Shown: positions 62,670 to 64,000 of the stretch, in pieces
Numbering within the stretch: the first letter of the stretch is position 1
Layout of the letters: the number at the start of each line of letters is the position of its first letter
Assembly (NCBI GenBank): GCA_963823665.1
Contig: CAWGMQ010000005.1
Span: 1,568,001 to 1,632,000 of the forward strand
DNA: 64,000 nt
Origin: an uncultured Planctomycetota bacterium
Lineage (GTDB): Bacteria > Planctomycetota > Planctomycetia > Isosphaerales > Isosphaeraceae
Direction of reading: 5' to 3'
Program-made: the position numbers and the translations under genes
The notes under the pieces: model-generated
The model's database searches: none
Seen by the model: only the letters and a program-made list of their open reading frames with translations
What the model was told of the DNA's origin: nothing

Positions 62670-63854
62670 TTCGATCTGTCGCGGAGAAATCTCGGAGCAC
62701 GGCCTGCGATCAGGAGCGCGACCAGGTCGACTCCGAAGGATCCCCAGTAAGGTGCCGCGGTCGAGACTCTGCCCAGCAGGAAGTTTGCCGTCGAGTAACT
62801 GATCATGCGGGCGAGCGTCTGTGCCGATGTGAGCGTTCCGAAGACAGCCCCCTGCTCGTCCATGGGTGTGATTCGCGAGAGCAGACCAGAAACGCTCGGG
62901 GTGAGGATCCCCTGTCCCAGGCCCAGGAGTGCGAGCGCAGCGATCAGTCCGGGCACATTCCCTGCTTGTGCCAGCGTGATGAAACCAAGAGCAGCGAGGA
63001 TCAGCCCGATGATGATCAACCGAGCCTCACCAAATCGCGGAACAAGCCGGCGAATCAATCCACCCTGCACGATTGCGCTCAAGAACCCCAGCCCGGCGAA
63101 TGCGTACGCCGCCCGCTGGGCGTTCCAGTGGAAGCGACGGCCAAGGAACAGCGCGAAGGTGCCCTCGAACGAACGCGAAGGCCAGTACGGCGAGGAATCC
63201 GATTGCGACCAGACGGCCGACACCGGGCAGTGCGACTGTGTCCACGATGCCTCTGCGACTCAAGGTGCGAGCCGGCTCGCGCGAGCGGCTCCCGCGGGGA
63301 CGCGACTCGGGAAGCCGGAAGAGCACGAGCAGCCACGCGAGGGTCGAGAAAGCGGCTGCGACCAGGAACGGCAGGCGTAGCCGCCAGTCGCGCTCTAGCG
63401 GCAACTCGAGCAGCAAACCGCCGAGCAGCGGCCCGAGCACGAAGCCCAGACCGAATGCCATCCCGATCAAGCCCATCCCCCGCGCACGATGCTCGGGCTC
63501 GGTCACGTCGGCCACATAGGCCTGAGCAACCAGGATATTCCCCCCCGAGGCACCATCGAGCATTCGCGCGAGCAGCATGATCGAAAAATTGTGAGAAAGG
63601 CCCAGGATCAAGAACGAGATGGCCGTGCCTGCCTGGCTGAAGATCAAGACCGGTTTGCGGCCGAAGCGGTCGCTCAGCCGGCCCAGGATCGGACCTGCCA
63701 CGAGCTGGCAAACCGGGTACGCGGAGAACAGGAAGCCAATCTGCCAATCCTTGAACCCATATTGATCGGCGAATGGCCCCAGGAGCGGCATGACCAGGGT
63801 GAAGCCGAGCAAGTCCACCAGGACGACGAGCACAATAACCCCGAGCGGCGTCAT
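62621..63854 (-). CDS. MFS transporter (TetA/DHA1-like), frameshift near 63170
   Basis: 'GRLSDRFGRKPVL', 'AQAYVAD', 'GFVLGPLLGG'; second half in ORF 62621..63223. Confidence 0.88.
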
Positions 63855-64000
63855 CGACTGGCAACTTCCTCACAATTGCGGGTTGGGAATGGGCCGGCGA
63901 CCGCCTGCACGTGGAATCGCCGCCGGTCAGGATGATTCACGTCAAGCGGAACCGGGCTATCGCTCACAGACGCGACGGGCCGGCTGCTGGATTCGTTGGT

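Noticed and set aside
1..64000. CRISPR array, tRNA or rRNA
   Set aside because: No regularly spaced repeat-spacer series, cas genes, cloverleaf or rRNA-like sequence recognised by eye

Overview
GC-rich bacterial DNA, very likely Planctomycetota (Isosphaeraceae-like). This is inferred from ECF-sigma fusions, ECF/Ser-Thr-kinase pairs, 'LExRxLL' extracellular proteins and planctomycete-type interspersed palindromes. At least eight otherwise conserved genes carry single frameshifts, including both 2-oxoacid:ferredoxin oxidoreductase subunits, which points to long-read indel errors. Layout: (1) 1-14.6 kb holds signalling and envelope genes. (2) 14.8-23.1 kb is a five-gene operon (C39-like peptidase with His-rich tail, dynamin, Hsp70-NBD-TPR, second dynamin, DUF5684-like/Zn-ribbon membrane protein), divergent from an ECF/kinase pair. 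(3) 25.2-27.4 kb is an Xre-RES toxin-antitoxin pair bracketed by a 366-bp gene duplication. (4) 34.2-44.9 kb is the most striking part: a tandem array of four decayed Hin/Pin-like serine recombinase copies and five directly repeated hix-like palindromic sites. These sites divide the DNA into cassettes carrying different putative anti-phage genes (PD-(D/E)XK nucleases, DUF6602-like nuclease, pseudo-SIR2-STAND, TIR-like-REase plus REase), and one site has a ~90-bp hairpin inserted at its centre. (5) 44.9-48.8 kb is gene-poor and repeat-rich. (6) 48.8-64 kb holds housekeeping genes. No rRNA, tRNA, CRISPR array or transposase was recognised. All family assignments come from motif recognition by eye, not from database searches.
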